DNA of 64,000 nt from Actinomycetes bacterium (GCA_021785935.1 JAJYOG010000007.1:417-64416); one strand, 5' to 3'. Shown: positions 1-9,226, counted from the stretch's first letter. Notes: a model not told the origin generated them from the letters alone. Numbers and translations are program-made.

Positions 1-37
1 CAAGGTAATGGTTAGAAACCGAAGTATATGGTAATAA

Positions 38-55
38 GTTAGCGTATATGCTAAC
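38..55. promoter_or_regulatory. Perfect 18-bp palindrome GTTAGCGTATATGCTAAC 8 nt upstream of the toxin gene; candidate autoregulatory operator of the TA pair
   Basis: Read directly: GTTAGC-GTATAT-GCTAAC is its own reverse complement; a related half-site GTTAG lies at 11-15. Type II TA operons are typically autorepressed through palindromic operators overlapping the promoter. Confidence 0.4.
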
Positions 56-62
56 ATAGCCT

Positions 63-389
63 ATGCCATACGAAATCGAGTACTTCCACCGGCGCGTGGA
101 AGCCGAGATAGAAGGCTGGCCGGTAGGCATCCTGGCCGATTACGCGCGGCTGGCGGAACTGCTGATGGAGTTCGGACCCGATCTTAAAATGCCACACTCG
201 AAGGCTATGGGAAAAGGGCTCTTCGAACTCCGGCCAAGCGGACGTGAGGGCATCGGACGCGCCATGTACTGCTTCGTTACCGGCAAACATGTAGTCATAC
301 TTCATGCCTTCATAAAGAAAACACGGAAAACTTCCGAGCGTGATTTAAAGATTGCAAGGAAAAGAATGAAAGAGGTACAAAATGGCTGA
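63..389 (+). CDS. RelE/ParE-superfamily toxin, HigB / phage Gp49-like (addiction module killer protein)
   Basis: 108 aa. Motif GKGLFELRPSGREGIGRAMYCFVTGKHVVILHAFIKKT is typical of the Gp49/HigB-like toxin family. Its 3' end overlaps by 8 nt the start of a downstream XRE-HTH gene, giving toxin-first HigBA-like order. Confidence 0.6.
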   Translation: MPYEIEYFHRRVEAEIEGWPVGILADYARLAELLMEFGPDLKMPHSKAMGKGLFELRPSGREGIGRAMYCFVTGKHVVILHAFIKKTRKTSERDLKIARKRMKEVQNG

Positions 390-744
390 TGATCTCAAAT
401 ATCACCCCGTGCGGCATGACCACGATAAATTTCTCAAGAAGGCTCAAAAACGCGCCTGTTTCAATGAAGCATACGATGAGCTGGAAGACAAATATTCCCT
501 AGTCAGCGAACTGCTACGCGCCCGGTCAAAAGCGGGCCTGACTCAAGAAGCGGTTGCAGAGCGGATGGGAACGACTAAAAGTGCTGTATCGCGGTTAGAG
601 GCCGCTGGGAAACTTTCGCCATCCGTGACTACTCTTAAAAAGTATGCAAATGCTGTGGGCTGCGAGATTGAAATTAAGCTTGTGCCAGCATCCCGTAAAG
701 TAGCACGACACGCGAGCACTTCACGTAAACGTGCGGTCGGCTAG
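382..744 (+). CDS. XRE-family HTH antitoxin (HigA-like)
   Basis: 120 aa. Helix-turn-helix segment LTQEAVAERMGTTKSAVSRLE. ATGGCTGA start/stop overlap with the upstream toxin, which is the classic TA arrangement. Confidence 0.6.
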   Translation: MADDLKYHPVRHDHDKFLKKAQKRACFNEAYDELEDKYSLVSELLRARSKAGLTQEAVAERMGTTKSAVSRLEAAGKLSPSVTTLKKYANAVGCEIEIKLVPASRKVARHASTSRKRAVG

Positions 745-1004
745 ATTAAAACCGGGACGTTTCTAACATCATTGCTGCCACGTCCTGGCCAGGATACGAA
801 GAAGCTCACCGTTATTCGTGTGTGTAGCCCACTAAACTATCTCACGCTTCGGCAGATAGAGACCTGCAAGTTTCGCCAGCAAAACTATGGCTCTTTCGCG
901 GCGCTCTTGGCACTTCCTCAAATCCGCTTTCGTAATCCACAAGGCTTCTCGGATCAGGAGCAAGGTGAACATTCTGTTCGGCTAACGTATCTGTGATTAT
1001 TCTT

Positions 1005-1646
1005 TCAGGCTGATAAAGAACGTTGCTGCTCGAAAAGGGGGCTCCAGATGGCTGGAGAGATGAAGGGCATTATGTCCCTTCGAAAAATCATGTGTTCTTT
1101 CTTGAAATCAGCCGTCATTGATTGTTTCGTTCGATGCCGTAGCCATAGTGCATTTATGCTTTTTCCCGGAAAGTCTTTCGTTAAAATGTGCAGCTCTTTC
1201 GCTCTTGCCTCTTCGTGGGAGATAGGACCGCCTGCCGCGCCTCTGCGCAGAAGTTGAATCTGATTGGCCTTCTTGGGCGTCATGCCTTCCCAAGCCGTGC
1301 CGCCCAATCTTTGCTCTTTCCCGTGAAGCCGGATATACAATGTGTATTCGATAAATGGAATCTTTTCCAGGATGGCTTCCTGTTCACCCTCGACTTGTGA
1401 CGATCTCCATTCCTCACAATTCTCGCAACCCCGCAAGTAGCTCACGGAATTGGGGCATGAATCAAAGTCGTGCCTACAATCCCAGTCGCCCTCTGCTTCC
1501 TCCCAATCGGTGATGACTTTTTGAACCACTCCCCTGTAAGTCGTTTCATAGTAAACAACGCCTGGATATTCGGCTTCGTGCCTTTCTTGCCTTGGCCGTT
1601 CGAGCTTCAAAAAAAGGTAAGGGTGATCTGACACCCCATGGAGCAC
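1005..1646 (-). CDS. Hypothetical protein, Cys/His-rich (CRHDFDSCPNSVSYLRGCENCEEW), no family recognised
   Basis: 213-aa ORF with a GTG start, convergent with the TA pair and divergent from the IS110 transposase. Contains a C-x5-C...C-x2-C cluster. I cannot assign a family by eye. Coding status is supported only by ORF length. Confidence 0.3.
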   Translation of the reverse strand: MLHGVSDHPYLFLKLERPRQERHEAEYPGVVYYETTYRGVVQKVITDWEEAEGDWDCRHDFDSCPNSVSYLRGCENCEEWRSSQVEGEQEAILEKIPFIEYTLYIRLHGKEQRLGGTAWEGMTPKKANQIQLLRRGAAGGPISHEEARAKELHILTKDFPGKSINALWLRHRTKQSMTADFKKEHMIFRRDIMPFISPAIWSPLFEQQRSLSA

Positions 1647-1696
1647 GCTTTTTCAGGATACCCCATGAAACAGCTCGCCCCGAAGACACCCCATGC
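1630..1696. repeat. Three direct repeats GA(C/T)ACCCCATG at 1630-1640, 1657-1667 and 1686-1696 (27/29-bp spacing)
   Basis: Read directly. They overlap the start of the hypothetical gene and extend into the non-coding stretch preceding the IS110 transposase. Possible regulator binding sites or IS subterminal repeats. Confidence 0.35.
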
Positions 1697-3350
1697 ATTA
1701 ACCATTGAAATTCTCCGATTTTCTATTTAACGGGATCGGAGTTTCTTCAACAATCATGCTTACGGAGATTCTAAGTGGAATATTTCTAGGGTTAGTGACC
1801 AGCTACGCTTTTTGGCATGCGGGACGGAATAAAAGCTGATAAGTTCGAATCCCCTATGGTGTCACGATTTCGGGCATAAAAAAAATGATGAAATGGACTC
1901 CCCCCTCACTTCGGCGGCATCAATGTGCCAAAGTGGTAAATTCTTACCACTTGTCGGCGAGGAGAAAGGAGCCCAACATGGAGGTTACAACCACAGGTCT
2001 CGATCTGGCAAAAAATGTTTTTCAGGTGCACGGTGTGGATCGAAGAGGAAAGACGGTGCTTAGGAAACGGCTGACCAGGAACAAGGTACCCCCCTTTTTT
2101 GCCAATTTAAAGCCCTGCCTGATTGGCATCGAGGCCCAGGGATCAAGCAACCACTGGGCCAGAGAGCTCATAAGGCTGGGACACGAAGTAAAGATAATGA
2201 GTCCCCAGTTTGTAAAGCCCTACATAAAGAGTTCGAAGAACGATCAAAACGATGCCGAAGCCATCTGCGAGGCAGTAAGCCGGCCAAGCATGCGCTTCGT
2301 GCCGCTCAAGAGCATCGAGCAGCAGGACATACAGATGCTGCACCGCATCCGCGAGCTTGCGGTAAAAGACCGAACTGCCAAGGCTAACCAGGCAAGAGGC
2401 CTATTGGCTGAATACGGTATCGTGATTCCTCGGGGAATCACTCGCTTAAAGAAAGAGATGCCGCGTATCTTAGAGGATGCCCAAAACCAGCTTACGCCCT
2501 TCGCCAGAGAGCTGTTTTTGGATCTCTACCATCAGCTAATGGATCTGGATACCGTGGTTAGGGAATACGACCAGAGGATCCTGAAGGAATTTAAAAATAA
2601 TCCAACCTGCCAGAAACTTAGCCAAATTGCCGGCGTGGGACCGCTTACCGCCACAGCCGTGATGGCCAGCGTGGGAGATGCTTCCAGCTTTAAAAATGGC
2701 CGACAGCTATCCGCCTGGCTGGGCCTGGTTCCCCGGCAGCACTCCAGCGGCAACAAAAAGAGGCTCCTGGGAATCAGCAAACGCGGCAACAGTTACCTAA
2801 GAAGCCTGCTGATACATGGTGCACGCGCGGTGGTGCGTCATTCAGACGGCAAAGACGATCCAGCCAGCCGCTGGTTAAACGGCGTCAAGGCCCGTCGCGG
2901 CACCAATCGGGCCACGGTGGCGCTCGCTAACAAGAACGCTCGTGCCATATGGCGGCTGTTAAGAGATGATGTCGAAGCGCAAACAGTTTAAGTTAAGGAG
3001 GTTTCCTTCCAGGGATTGCTCTTGAGGTTCCATTGACGGCAAAACAGGTCGGACCGGCGCCTTCAGAACCTGATTAAGCCATTGGCCTTTTTTAGGCCGT
3101 AAAATGATGAGGCGGAGGCGCGCAGATTCCATCAGGGCCAGAGGATTTAGTTCCTCACTAACAGGCCGGATATATGACTGCAATCCAAACCCAGCTTGCC
3201 AGGAATCTCTTGCATAACGGGAGGAGTCCATATATGGCTTAACTAAGCCATTCCTGAGGGGTAATAAGTTGGTGGACCTTATCGGGTTCGAACCTGAAGC
3301 CTTGGATGTCTTAGTGGACCTCTCCTGAAACGGCTGCATTTCAAATTCCC
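1650..3350 (+). mobile_element. IS110-family insertion sequence (transposase plus long non-coding flanks); boundaries not determinable from sequence alone
   Basis: Contains a DEDD-type IS110-family transposase. The 330-bp upstream and roughly 360-bp downstream non-coding flanks are typical of IS110/IS1111 elements, which lack terminal inverted repeats. The exact ends are not visible without a second copy or an empty site. Confidence 0.45.
1978..2991 (+). CDS. IS110-family transposase
   Basis: N-terminus MEVTTTGLDLAKNVFQVHGVD (the GIDxxK-like start of IS110 transposases). C-terminal LSQIAGVGPLTATAVMASVGDASSFKNGRQLSAWLGLVPRQHSSGNKKRLLGISKRGNSYLR is the conserved IS110 C-domain. The ATG at 1978 is preceded by AGGAGA. 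The ORF-track start at 1885 is probably too far upstream. Confidence 0.85.
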   Translation: MEVTTTGLDLAKNVFQVHGVDRRGKTVLRKRLTRNKVPPFFANLKPCLIGIEAQGSSNHWARELIRLGHEVKIMSPQFVKPYIKSSKNDQNDAEAICEAVSRPSMRFVPLKSIEQQDIQMLHRIRELAVKDRTAKANQARGLLAEYGIVIPRGITRLKKEMPRILEDAQNQLTPFARELFLDLYHQLMDLDTVVREYDQRILKEFKNNPTCQKLSQIAGVGPLTATAVMASVGDASSFKNGRQLSAWLGLVPRQHSSGNKKRLLGISKRGNSYLRSLLIHGARAVVRHSDGKDDPASRWLNGVKARRGTNRATVALANKNARAIWRLLRDDVEAQTV

Positions 3351-3358
3351 GATAAAAT

Positions 3359-3384
3359 CAGGGCCCGCCGGAGGCGGGCCCTGA
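3359..3384 (-). terminator. Rho-independent terminator hairpin closing the dsr operon (CAGGGCCCGCC-GGAG-GGCGGGCCCTG)
   Basis: Perfect 11-bp GC-rich stem about 80 nt downstream of the dsrL stop on the minus strand. It is followed on that strand by ATTTTATCGGGAATTT. Confidence 0.55.
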
Positions 3385-3398
3385 TTGAGTACTATTTT

Positions 3399-3461
3399 CC
3401 TAATTAGTATTGTGTCCCCAAAACTGGGGTGCTAATTAGTATTGTGTCCCCGAAATGGGGG
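3399..3461. repeat. Two direct copies of CTAATTAGTATTGTGTCCCC(A/G)AAA(C)TGGGG; each forms a CCCC-N5/6-GGGG hairpin
   Basis: Read directly at 3399-3431 and 3432-3461, between the dsrL stop (3462) and the terminator hairpin. The GTATTGTGTCCCCGAAAT core recurs at the murC start (32896-32921) in the opposite orientation relative to the + strand. Confidence 0.5.
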
Positions 3462-5150
3462 TTATCCCATATTGATGTAGCCGCAGGGGCATTCTTCGGC
3501 GCACTTGGCGCAGCCGACGCATACCTCAAGCCGGAACTTGTAGGGATTGCCGTTCTCGTCCCGCTCTTCCAGCTTCTTGACCGCGCTGTAGGAACAGAAT
3601 GAGTAGCAGTTGCCGCAGTCGAAGCACTTGCCGCAGCTCATGCAACGGTTGGACTCTTCAATGGCCTGCTCGTTCGACCAGGTTGACACAACTTCGTTAA
3701 AGTTGCTGGCTCGCTCGCCCGCATCCATAACGTTCTTCTCGCCACGCGGGGCTTCCGCGTAGTAGTTGAGCGCCATCTGGTCGGACTTGATTAGCTTGGG
3801 CGGAAATTCCTTGGGAATCTCTTCGCCGCGGACGTGATAGTCGATGGCGGTCGCAGCCTTGCGGCCCAGGCCGATAGCCTCGGTGACCGTACCGAGATGG
3901 TTGGTGACATCGCCGCCGGCGAAGATACCCTCTTCGGTGGTGGCGCCGGTAGCTTCATCAACCGTAATCCAGCCCTTTTCGTCCTTGAAGGTGTCGAGGC
4001 CTTCCATCTGCGGACCCTGGCCGATTGCCGGCAGGACCATGTCGCAGTCGATGACGAACTCGGAGCCCGCTACAGGCTCGGGACGCCGGCGGCCGCTGTC
4101 ATCCGGCTCGCCAAGCTCCATCTTGATGCACTTAAGACCCGTGACCTTGCCGCCGTCACGAACGATCTCGACCGGAGCGGTCAAGTACTCGATGTTGATG
4201 CCCTCTTCGAGGGTGTCATCGATTTCCTCTTCCTCAGCAGGCATCTCCTCGCGGGTACGCCGGTAGATGATCTGTGAATCAGCGCCCATTCTCTTGGAGG
4301 TACGGGCGGCGTCAACGGCGCTGTTACCGCCGCCGATGACCAGGACTTTCTTGCCCTTGACGTCGATATCTGCGCCGGACCTGAAACTATTCAGGAATTC
4401 GACGGCGCTCATCACTCCTTCACCTTCTTCGCCCGGAATTCCCAGAGCCCAGCCCTGGTGCGCGCCGATGGCGATATAGATGGCGTCATAATCCTTCTTG
4501 AGGTCGTCCATGGAAACATCCGAGCCTACACGGGTTCCAGTCTTGATGTCGACTCCCAGGTCAGCGATTGCCGCTACCTCGGCATCGAGGATGTCCTCCG
4601 GAAGGCGATAGCTCGGAATACCATACCGAAGCATACCGCCGGTCTTGTCGAAGGCTTCGAACATGGTCACACCATAGCCGCGCCTGGCAAGCTGGAAGGC
4701 GCAGGAAAGGCCGGCCGGTCCGGAGCCGATGACTGCTACCTTTTCTTTCTTGGCGTCATCGCTGATCTTCTCATGCTTGAGGCTGTGCTCGAGCGCGTAA
4801 TCGCCGAGGAAACGCTCGACCTGGTTGATCGATACCGCGCCTTCCTTGGCGTTACGGTTGCAATCCGTCTCGCAGAAATGCGGACAGACGCGGCCGATAA
4901 TCGCCGGGATCGGGTTGGTCTCAGTCAGCGTGCGCCAGGCCTGCACGTACGATTCATCGTACTCACGCTTTAGCATTTCTGACTGTGCGATCGTTGTCAG
5001 AAATCCGCGTATATCGTTACCGCTGGGGCAGGCATTCCTGCAGGGCGGCGTTTTTTCCACGTAAGCCGGCCGCAGGTGCGAACCCTCGCCGCCGCGGCTA
5101 TAACTGGCGGCGCCAATTTCCCGCTTTCTTGTCTTTAACACTACTGCCAT
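3462..5150 (-). CDS. dsrL: DsrL-like NAD(P)H:acceptor oxidoreductase (GltD-like FAD/NAD(P) protein with N-terminal Cys cluster and C-terminal 2x[4Fe-4S] ferredoxin domain)
   Basis: 562 aa. Two dinucleotide-binding motifs (VAVIGSGPAGLSCA; KVLVIGGGNSAVD). N-terminal CRNACPSGNDIRGF...CPHFCETDC. C-terminal CMSCGKCFDCGNCYSFC...CVGCAKCAEECPCG. Glutamate-synthase small-subunit-like core plus ferredoxin tail immediately after dsrABD is the DsrL architecture. Confidence 0.6.
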   Translation of the reverse strand: MAVVLKTRKREIGAASYSRGGEGSHLRPAYVEKTPPCRNACPSGNDIRGFLTTIAQSEMLKREYDESYVQAWRTLTETNPIPAIIGRVCPHFCETDCNRNAKEGAVSINQVERFLGDYALEHSLKHEKISDDAKKEKVAVIGSGPAGLSCAFQLARRGYGVTMFEAFDKTGGMLRYGIPSYRLPEDILDAEVAAIADLGVDIKTGTRVGSDVSMDDLKKDYDAIYIAIGAHQGWALGIPGEEGEGVMSAVEFLNSFRSGADIDVKGKKVLVIGGGNSAVDAARTSKRMGADSQIIYRRTREEMPAEEEEIDDTLEEGINIEYLTAPVEIVRDGGKVTGLKCIKMELGEPDDSGRRRPEPVAGSEFVIDCDMVLPAIGQGPQMEGLDTFKDEKGWITVDEATGATTEEGIFAGGDVTNHLGTVTEAIGLGRKAATAIDYHVRGEEIPKEFPPKLIKSDQMALNYYAEAPRGEKNVMDAGERASNFNEVVSTWSNEQAIEESNRCMSCGKCFDCGNCYSFCSYSAVKKLEERDENGNPYKFRLEVCVGCAKCAEECPCGYINMG

Positions 5151-5246
5151 ACGTTTCTCCTTTTCTCAGGCGTCATCGCACCTAATGATCAAGAGCTTAT
5201 TAATTGTCTATCGCCCGGTGCGGTTTCGCCTAAGCGACATCTCTGA

Positions 5247-5492
5247 TTATTCGTTAGCAGAGCCTTCCACACGCGGCATCTCGATTGAGCTTCCGCCAAA
5301 GTAACCGTACACGCACCGGCCTGAGTCGATGAGCGACTTGATGGCGGCCTTTGTGTCCGCTCGGGGCACATCGCCGTACTTTTCCTTCATCGCCTTGGTG
5401 AGATCGCCGGCCTTGAGTTTTTTCTGGCCAGCCGAGCTGGAGACGAGTTCGAACATATCATCAGCCAGTTGCTCAATAGTGACATCAGCCAT
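5247..5492 (-). CDS. dsrD: DsrD, small winged-helix protein of reductive dsr operons
   Basis: 81 aa, Lys-rich, directly downstream of dsrB. The CVYGYFGGSSIEM motif resembles the conserved YxxGSTTMY region of DsrD. Confidence 0.75.
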   Translation of the reverse strand: MADVTIEQLADDMFELVSSSAGQKKLKAGDLTKAMKEKYGDVPRADTKAAIKSLIDSGRCVYGYFGGSSIEMPRVEGSANE

Positions 5493-5506
5493 TGTTACAG
5501 GACCTC

Positions 5507-6583
5507 CTAATATCTGTTGTGTAGAGACCTTCTGTAAGTTGTGCCGGCGTGACGGAAGTCATCGAGGTGATACTTGGTGAACTCGATGCCGGTAATATCG
5601 AAGAACTTCTCCCAACCGATGCGGTTGATCCATTCGCCGACACGCTCGAACGGACGGGCGTTATCGGCATAAAGCTCGACGATATTCTTGACCGCGCTTG
5701 TAACTTCCGGCCAGCGCGGTGGGTTATTCGGCAGGTACGGGATAGCCAGTTTGGTGAACATCGGTTCCGTCCTGGCGTTGGAGATCTTGCCGCCAACCCA
5801 GATGGAGACACCATCGTTAAGTGGATCCGCCAGTGGCATCGCCGGGCAGACGGTGAAACAGTTACCGCAGTACATGCATTTGTCCTCATCGACCTTGACC
5901 GTGGTCTTGCCTTCGATCGAAGTCGGGCGGATGGCGTTGTTCGGGCACGAGGCAACCGTGGTCGGGATCTCGCACTGGTTCGGCAACGTATTGTTGTCGA
6001 TCCGCGGCGGCGTGCGGTGCAAGCCGAGGATGGCGATGTCCGAGGCGTGGACGGCGCCGCACATGTTCAGGCAGCAAGCCACAGCCACGCGCAGTTTGTG
6101 CGGCAGCTTCTCGGATGTGAAATACTCTGCCAACTCGTCCATAACGGCCTTGACCAAACCGGAAGCGTCAGTCGCGGCTGAATGGCAGTGTACCCAACCC
6201 TGGGTGTGGACCACGTTGGAGATGGCGTTGTTGGTGCCGCCTACCAGAGTGCCCATAGCGTTCAGGTCTTCAATCAGCGGATCGATGTTCTCGCTTTTCT
6301 CAAGCAGAAACTCGACGTTGTTGCGGCTGGTAAAACGGAAATAGCCGTCGCTGTACTTGTCCGCCAGGTCCATGATGTTCCTGAGGAAGTTGATGCTCAC
6401 AAGCCGCGGCGAAGCACAACGCACCGTGTAAATGGTGCCCGCGGGGCCGGTATGGGACAGCACGCCCGGCTTGATTGAGCCGTGAACTTCCCACTTGCCA
6501 TAATTGGCCTTGATCATCGGATGCAGGAACTGATCATAATGCGGCGGTCCGATATCAGTTACTCTCTTTGCTTCAGTCGCCAT
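5507..6583 (-). CDS. dsrB: Dissimilatory sulfite reductase beta subunit
   Basis: 358 aa. N-terminal RVTDIGPPHYDQFLHPMIKANYGKW and ferredoxin insert CMYCGNCFTVCPAMP are typical of DsrB. Lies directly downstream of dsrA. Confidence 0.9.
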   Translation of the reverse strand: MATEAKRVTDIGPPHYDQFLHPMIKANYGKWEVHGSIKPGVLSHTGPAGTIYTVRCASPRLVSINFLRNIMDLADKYSDGYFRFTSRNNVEFLLEKSENIDPLIEDLNAMGTLVGGTNNAISNVVHTQGWVHCHSAATDASGLVKAVMDELAEYFTSEKLPHKLRVAVACCLNMCGAVHASDIAILGLHRTPPRIDNNTLPNQCEIPTTVASCPNNAIRPTSIEGKTTVKVDEDKCMYCGNCFTVCPAMPLADPLNDGVSIWVGGKISNARTEPMFTKLAIPYLPNNPPRWPEVTSAVKNIVELYADNARPFERVGEWINRIGWEKFFDITGIEFTKYHLDDFRHAGTTYRRSLHNRY

Positions 6584-6630
6584 AAAAACTAACCTCCTGT
6601 TACTGTCAAAGTTGACTTAAGATCGCGTGA

Positions 6631-7839
6631 TTATTCCTCGCTGGCTGACGCGCCCTCTTCTTCGTAATACTCTTCATAGAAGATGTAGGGATTGTCTCTC
6701 GGAGCCTTGACCATCTTCGGTGACGCTTCGAGACCGACGCCCTCGAGGAAGGTGGCGAGACTGATGCGCTCGATGAACTCGCCAATACGCTCGCGAGCGG
6801 TGCCGTACTCATCCCAGAACTCCCAGATGCGCTCGATCAGATCGTGCAGCTCTTCGAAGTCATTATCCTCACACTTCATGAAGGGGATAATTACCGAGCC
6901 GAACAGCGCGCCCTCGACGATCGGGGCCTTGGCGCCGAGTGTGACCGCGAAGCCCTTGTCGTCGCCGACGGCCAGTGCGCCCGGCAGGCGATTGATGCAG
7001 TGCATGCACTTGACGCAGTTGCTGTTGTCGATAGTGATTTCCTTGCCATCGACCGAGATGCAGCTGGTCGGGCAGAGATCGACGACGGCGCCCTGAATGT
7101 CCATGCCCTTGTCTACGAACTCAGCGAACTTGGCCTGGTCAACCTTGATGTCATCCTTCCAGATGCCAATGAGACCCATGTCCGAACGCGCGATAGCCGC
7201 GGTGCAGTCATTGGGGCAACCGGAAGCCTTGATTTTGTACTTGTAGTTGAACATGGGACGGTGCAGCTCGTCCTGATAGCTCTTGGTCAGGTCGTAGGTT
7301 ACCGCCAGAGTGTCGAAACAGGCGTTCTCACAACGGGCGGGGCCGACGCAACAGCTGGGTGTACGAAGGTCGGACCCGGAACCGCCAAGGTCCCAGCCCT
7401 TCTCCGTCAGAGCCCGGAAGATGGGCTCGAGCTCTTCGGTGCGGGTTCCAAGAAGGACCATGTCACCGGTGGAGCCGTGCATGTTGGTGAGGCCTGAACC
7501 GTGTTCTTCCCAGATGTCCAGGATCTCACGCAGGGCGCTAGTGGTGTAGAACCAGCCGGACGGCTGATTTACACGCACCGTGTGAAAATGCGATACGCCG
7601 GGAAACTCTTCCGGCAGGGCTGAATAACGGCCGATGACGCCACCGCCATAACCCATGACGCCGACGAGGCCGCCGTGTTTCCAGTAGCCACGCTTGTCCT
7701 CGTAGGACTTTTCCAGCTGACCCAGAAGGTCCCTGCACATCTCGGACTTGTCAGCGCAACTCTTTATGTCCGTGACGAAACTGGGCCAGGGTCCCTTTTC
7801 CAACTCATCAAGGAGTGGAGTCTTGAGATCGTCTGCCAT
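6631..7839 (-). CDS. dsrA: Dissimilatory sulfite reductase alpha subunit
   Basis: 402 aa. N-terminus [20 protein letters not shown] is the hallmark DsrA start. Also [17 protein letters not shown] and a ferredoxin domain ([28 protein letters not shown]). Confidence 0.9.
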   Translation of the reverse strand: MADDLKTPLLDELEKGPWPSFVTDIKSCADKSEMCRDLLGQLEKSYEDKRGYWKHGGLVGVMGYGGGVIGRYSALPEEFPGVSHFHTVRVNQPSGWFYTTSALREILDIWEEHGSGLTNMHGSTGDMVLLGTRTEELEPIFRALTEKGWDLGGSGSDLRTPSCCVGPARCENACFDTLAVTYDLTKSYQDELHRPMFNYKYKIKASGCPNDCTAAIARSDMGLIGIWKDDIKVDQAKFAEFVDKGMDIQGAVVDLCPTSCISVDGKEITIDNSNCVKCMHCINRLPGALAVGDDKGFAVTLGAKAPIVEGALFGSVIIPFMKCEDNDFEELHDLIERIWEFWDEYGTARERIGEFIERISLATFLEGVGLEASPKMVKAPRDNPYIFYEEYYEEEGASASEE

Positions 7840-7911
7840 TCCTGCTCTCCTTTACTTTGATTGCGTTTGAATGATTCGGATTAACTCTATTTCAGGCTCG
7901 TCTGAAAAATT

Positions 7912-9183
7912 TCAGGCCTGTGCGCCTTCCGGCAGACCCTCCACCGGACCGACGCCCTCTTCTTCCACAGGTACTTCTTCAACTGCCTCCTCATGCACTG
8001 GCTTGACGAAAATTCCTTCGACTGGCATCAGCGGCAACAGTTTCAGTCCTAGCAGGTAAATAAATCCAATCAGAGCAAAAATGCCTGCAAACTGAATCCA
8101 TTCAATCAACCGCGGGATATACGTGACGGTTATGCCATCCTGAAAGCCACTGGTTAGTTCATAGCCGGGCATGATCGGTTGCGCCAACACCTGTCCGGGG
8201 AGGATGAAAAGCATACGCTCGCCGAGGACGCCGATTATGTGACAGGCCGAGGCTCCCAGGATCCAGTTGAGCTTGTTTCTCGTGCCTGGATTGAACAGGA
8301 TGAAAGCCGGTATCAGCAACCCGACCAGATACAGCTGCACCCAGAAGACGAAAGTGAAGAAGTTGCCGCCGAACATGACAAACTTCTCGCCAAACTGGAA
8401 TTCGGGATCGTACAAATGCGTCAGATGCTCGATAGTAACCAGGTAGAACACGAAGATGATCAGAGCCAGCATGATCTTCGACAGCTGCAGGAAGAAACGG
8501 GTGTCGATCTGACGTTTGGTGTATTTAAAGGTGAAGTAAAGCATAATCATCGCCAGCGCCGTTCCCGAGGAAAGGGCCGCGATTACAAAAGCCAGCGGCG
8601 TGATTGATGAGAAGTACATGTCACGGCCGTTGATAATACCGAAGATGAAGCCGGTGCCGGAGTGCACAAAGACGGCTGCGATGACCGCCATCGTCCCCAT
8701 GACATTGGTCCAGCGCTCGTTCTCCTTGAACTGGGCCCAGAGGTAAAGCACGCCGATTGTCATGTAACTCATGTAGATGAATGCGTTCAGCGAAAGCAGC
8801 GAACGCGGGTTAACCATGTAAAACGGCAGGAAGATCCTGTCGGGACGGCCCCAGCCGCCAATGAGTGCGGCGAGCGCTCCCACCATGAACAGCACCGAGT
8901 TAAAGGCGGCTACCCGTGACAGAACCTTGTATTCCTTTTGTTTGAAGATAACGGCGAGACCGGAAATCATTAGCGAACCAGCGCTGAGTCCAACAAAAAG
9001 AACGAAAATAACTTTGTCTCCGGCCCAGGTAACTGAATTGCTCATACCTGTCAGATAGTAACCCTTGACGAACCTGACCAGAGTGGCTACCAGCCATCCA
9101 AGCACCAGTCCGCCGCAGATCGCGGTGGCGACCCAGAAACTTCCACTCTTTCCTTCTATCCTCGAGAAATAGTATTTTGCCAC
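7912..9183 (-). CDS. dsrP: DsrP, NrfD/PsrC-family integral membrane quinone-interacting subunit of DsrMKJOP
   Basis: 423 aa, about 10 predicted TM helices, NrfD-like. Positioned between dsrO and dsrA. Confidence 0.8.
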   Translation of the reverse strand: MAKYYFSRIEGKSGSFWVATAICGGLVLGWLVATLVRFVKGYYLTGMSNSVTWAGDKVIFVLFVGLSAGSLMISGLAVIFKQKEYKVLSRVAAFNSVLFMVGALAALIGGWGRPDRIFLPFYMVNPRSLLSLNAFIYMSYMTIGVLYLWAQFKENERWTNVMGTMAVIAAVFVHSGTGFIFGIINGRDMYFSSITPLAFVIAALSSGTALAMIMLYFTFKYTKRQIDTRFFLQLSKIMLALIIFVFYLVTIEHLTHLYDPEFQFGEKFVMFGGNFFTFVFWVQLYLVGLLIPAFILFNPGTRNKLNWILGASACHIIGVLGERMLFILPGQVLAQPIMPGYELTSGFQDGITVTYIPRLIEWIQFAGIFALIGFIYLLGLKLLPLMPVEGIFVKPVHEEAVEEVPVEEEGVGPVEGLPEGAQA

Positions 9184-9226
9184 TACGACCTCTCAGTCCC
9201 GAAAGTAGACACAGATTTAATAATGA

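Noticed and set aside
772-996. 74-aa plus-strand ORF between the antitoxin and the hypothetical gene
   Set aside because: Short with no RBS or recognisable features, so it was left as intergenic. A small structured RNA cannot be excluded.
2959-3339. Minus-strand 126-aa ORF in the IS110 downstream flank
   Set aside because: No start context or family resemblance. The region is more plausibly the non-coding end of the IS element.
3834-6478. Long plus-strand ORFs (e.g. 3834..4277, 4458..4973, 5549..6181, 5688..6344, 6182..6478) antisense to dsrL/dsrD/dsrB
   Set aside because: These are typical GC-rich antisense open frames. The minus-strand genes have strong family signatures and the plus-strand products have none.
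8179-9097. Plus/minus short ORFs inside dsrP (8179..8607, 8662..8919, 8861..9058, 8900..9097)
   Set aside because: They overlap a well-supported membrane protein gene and have no independent support.
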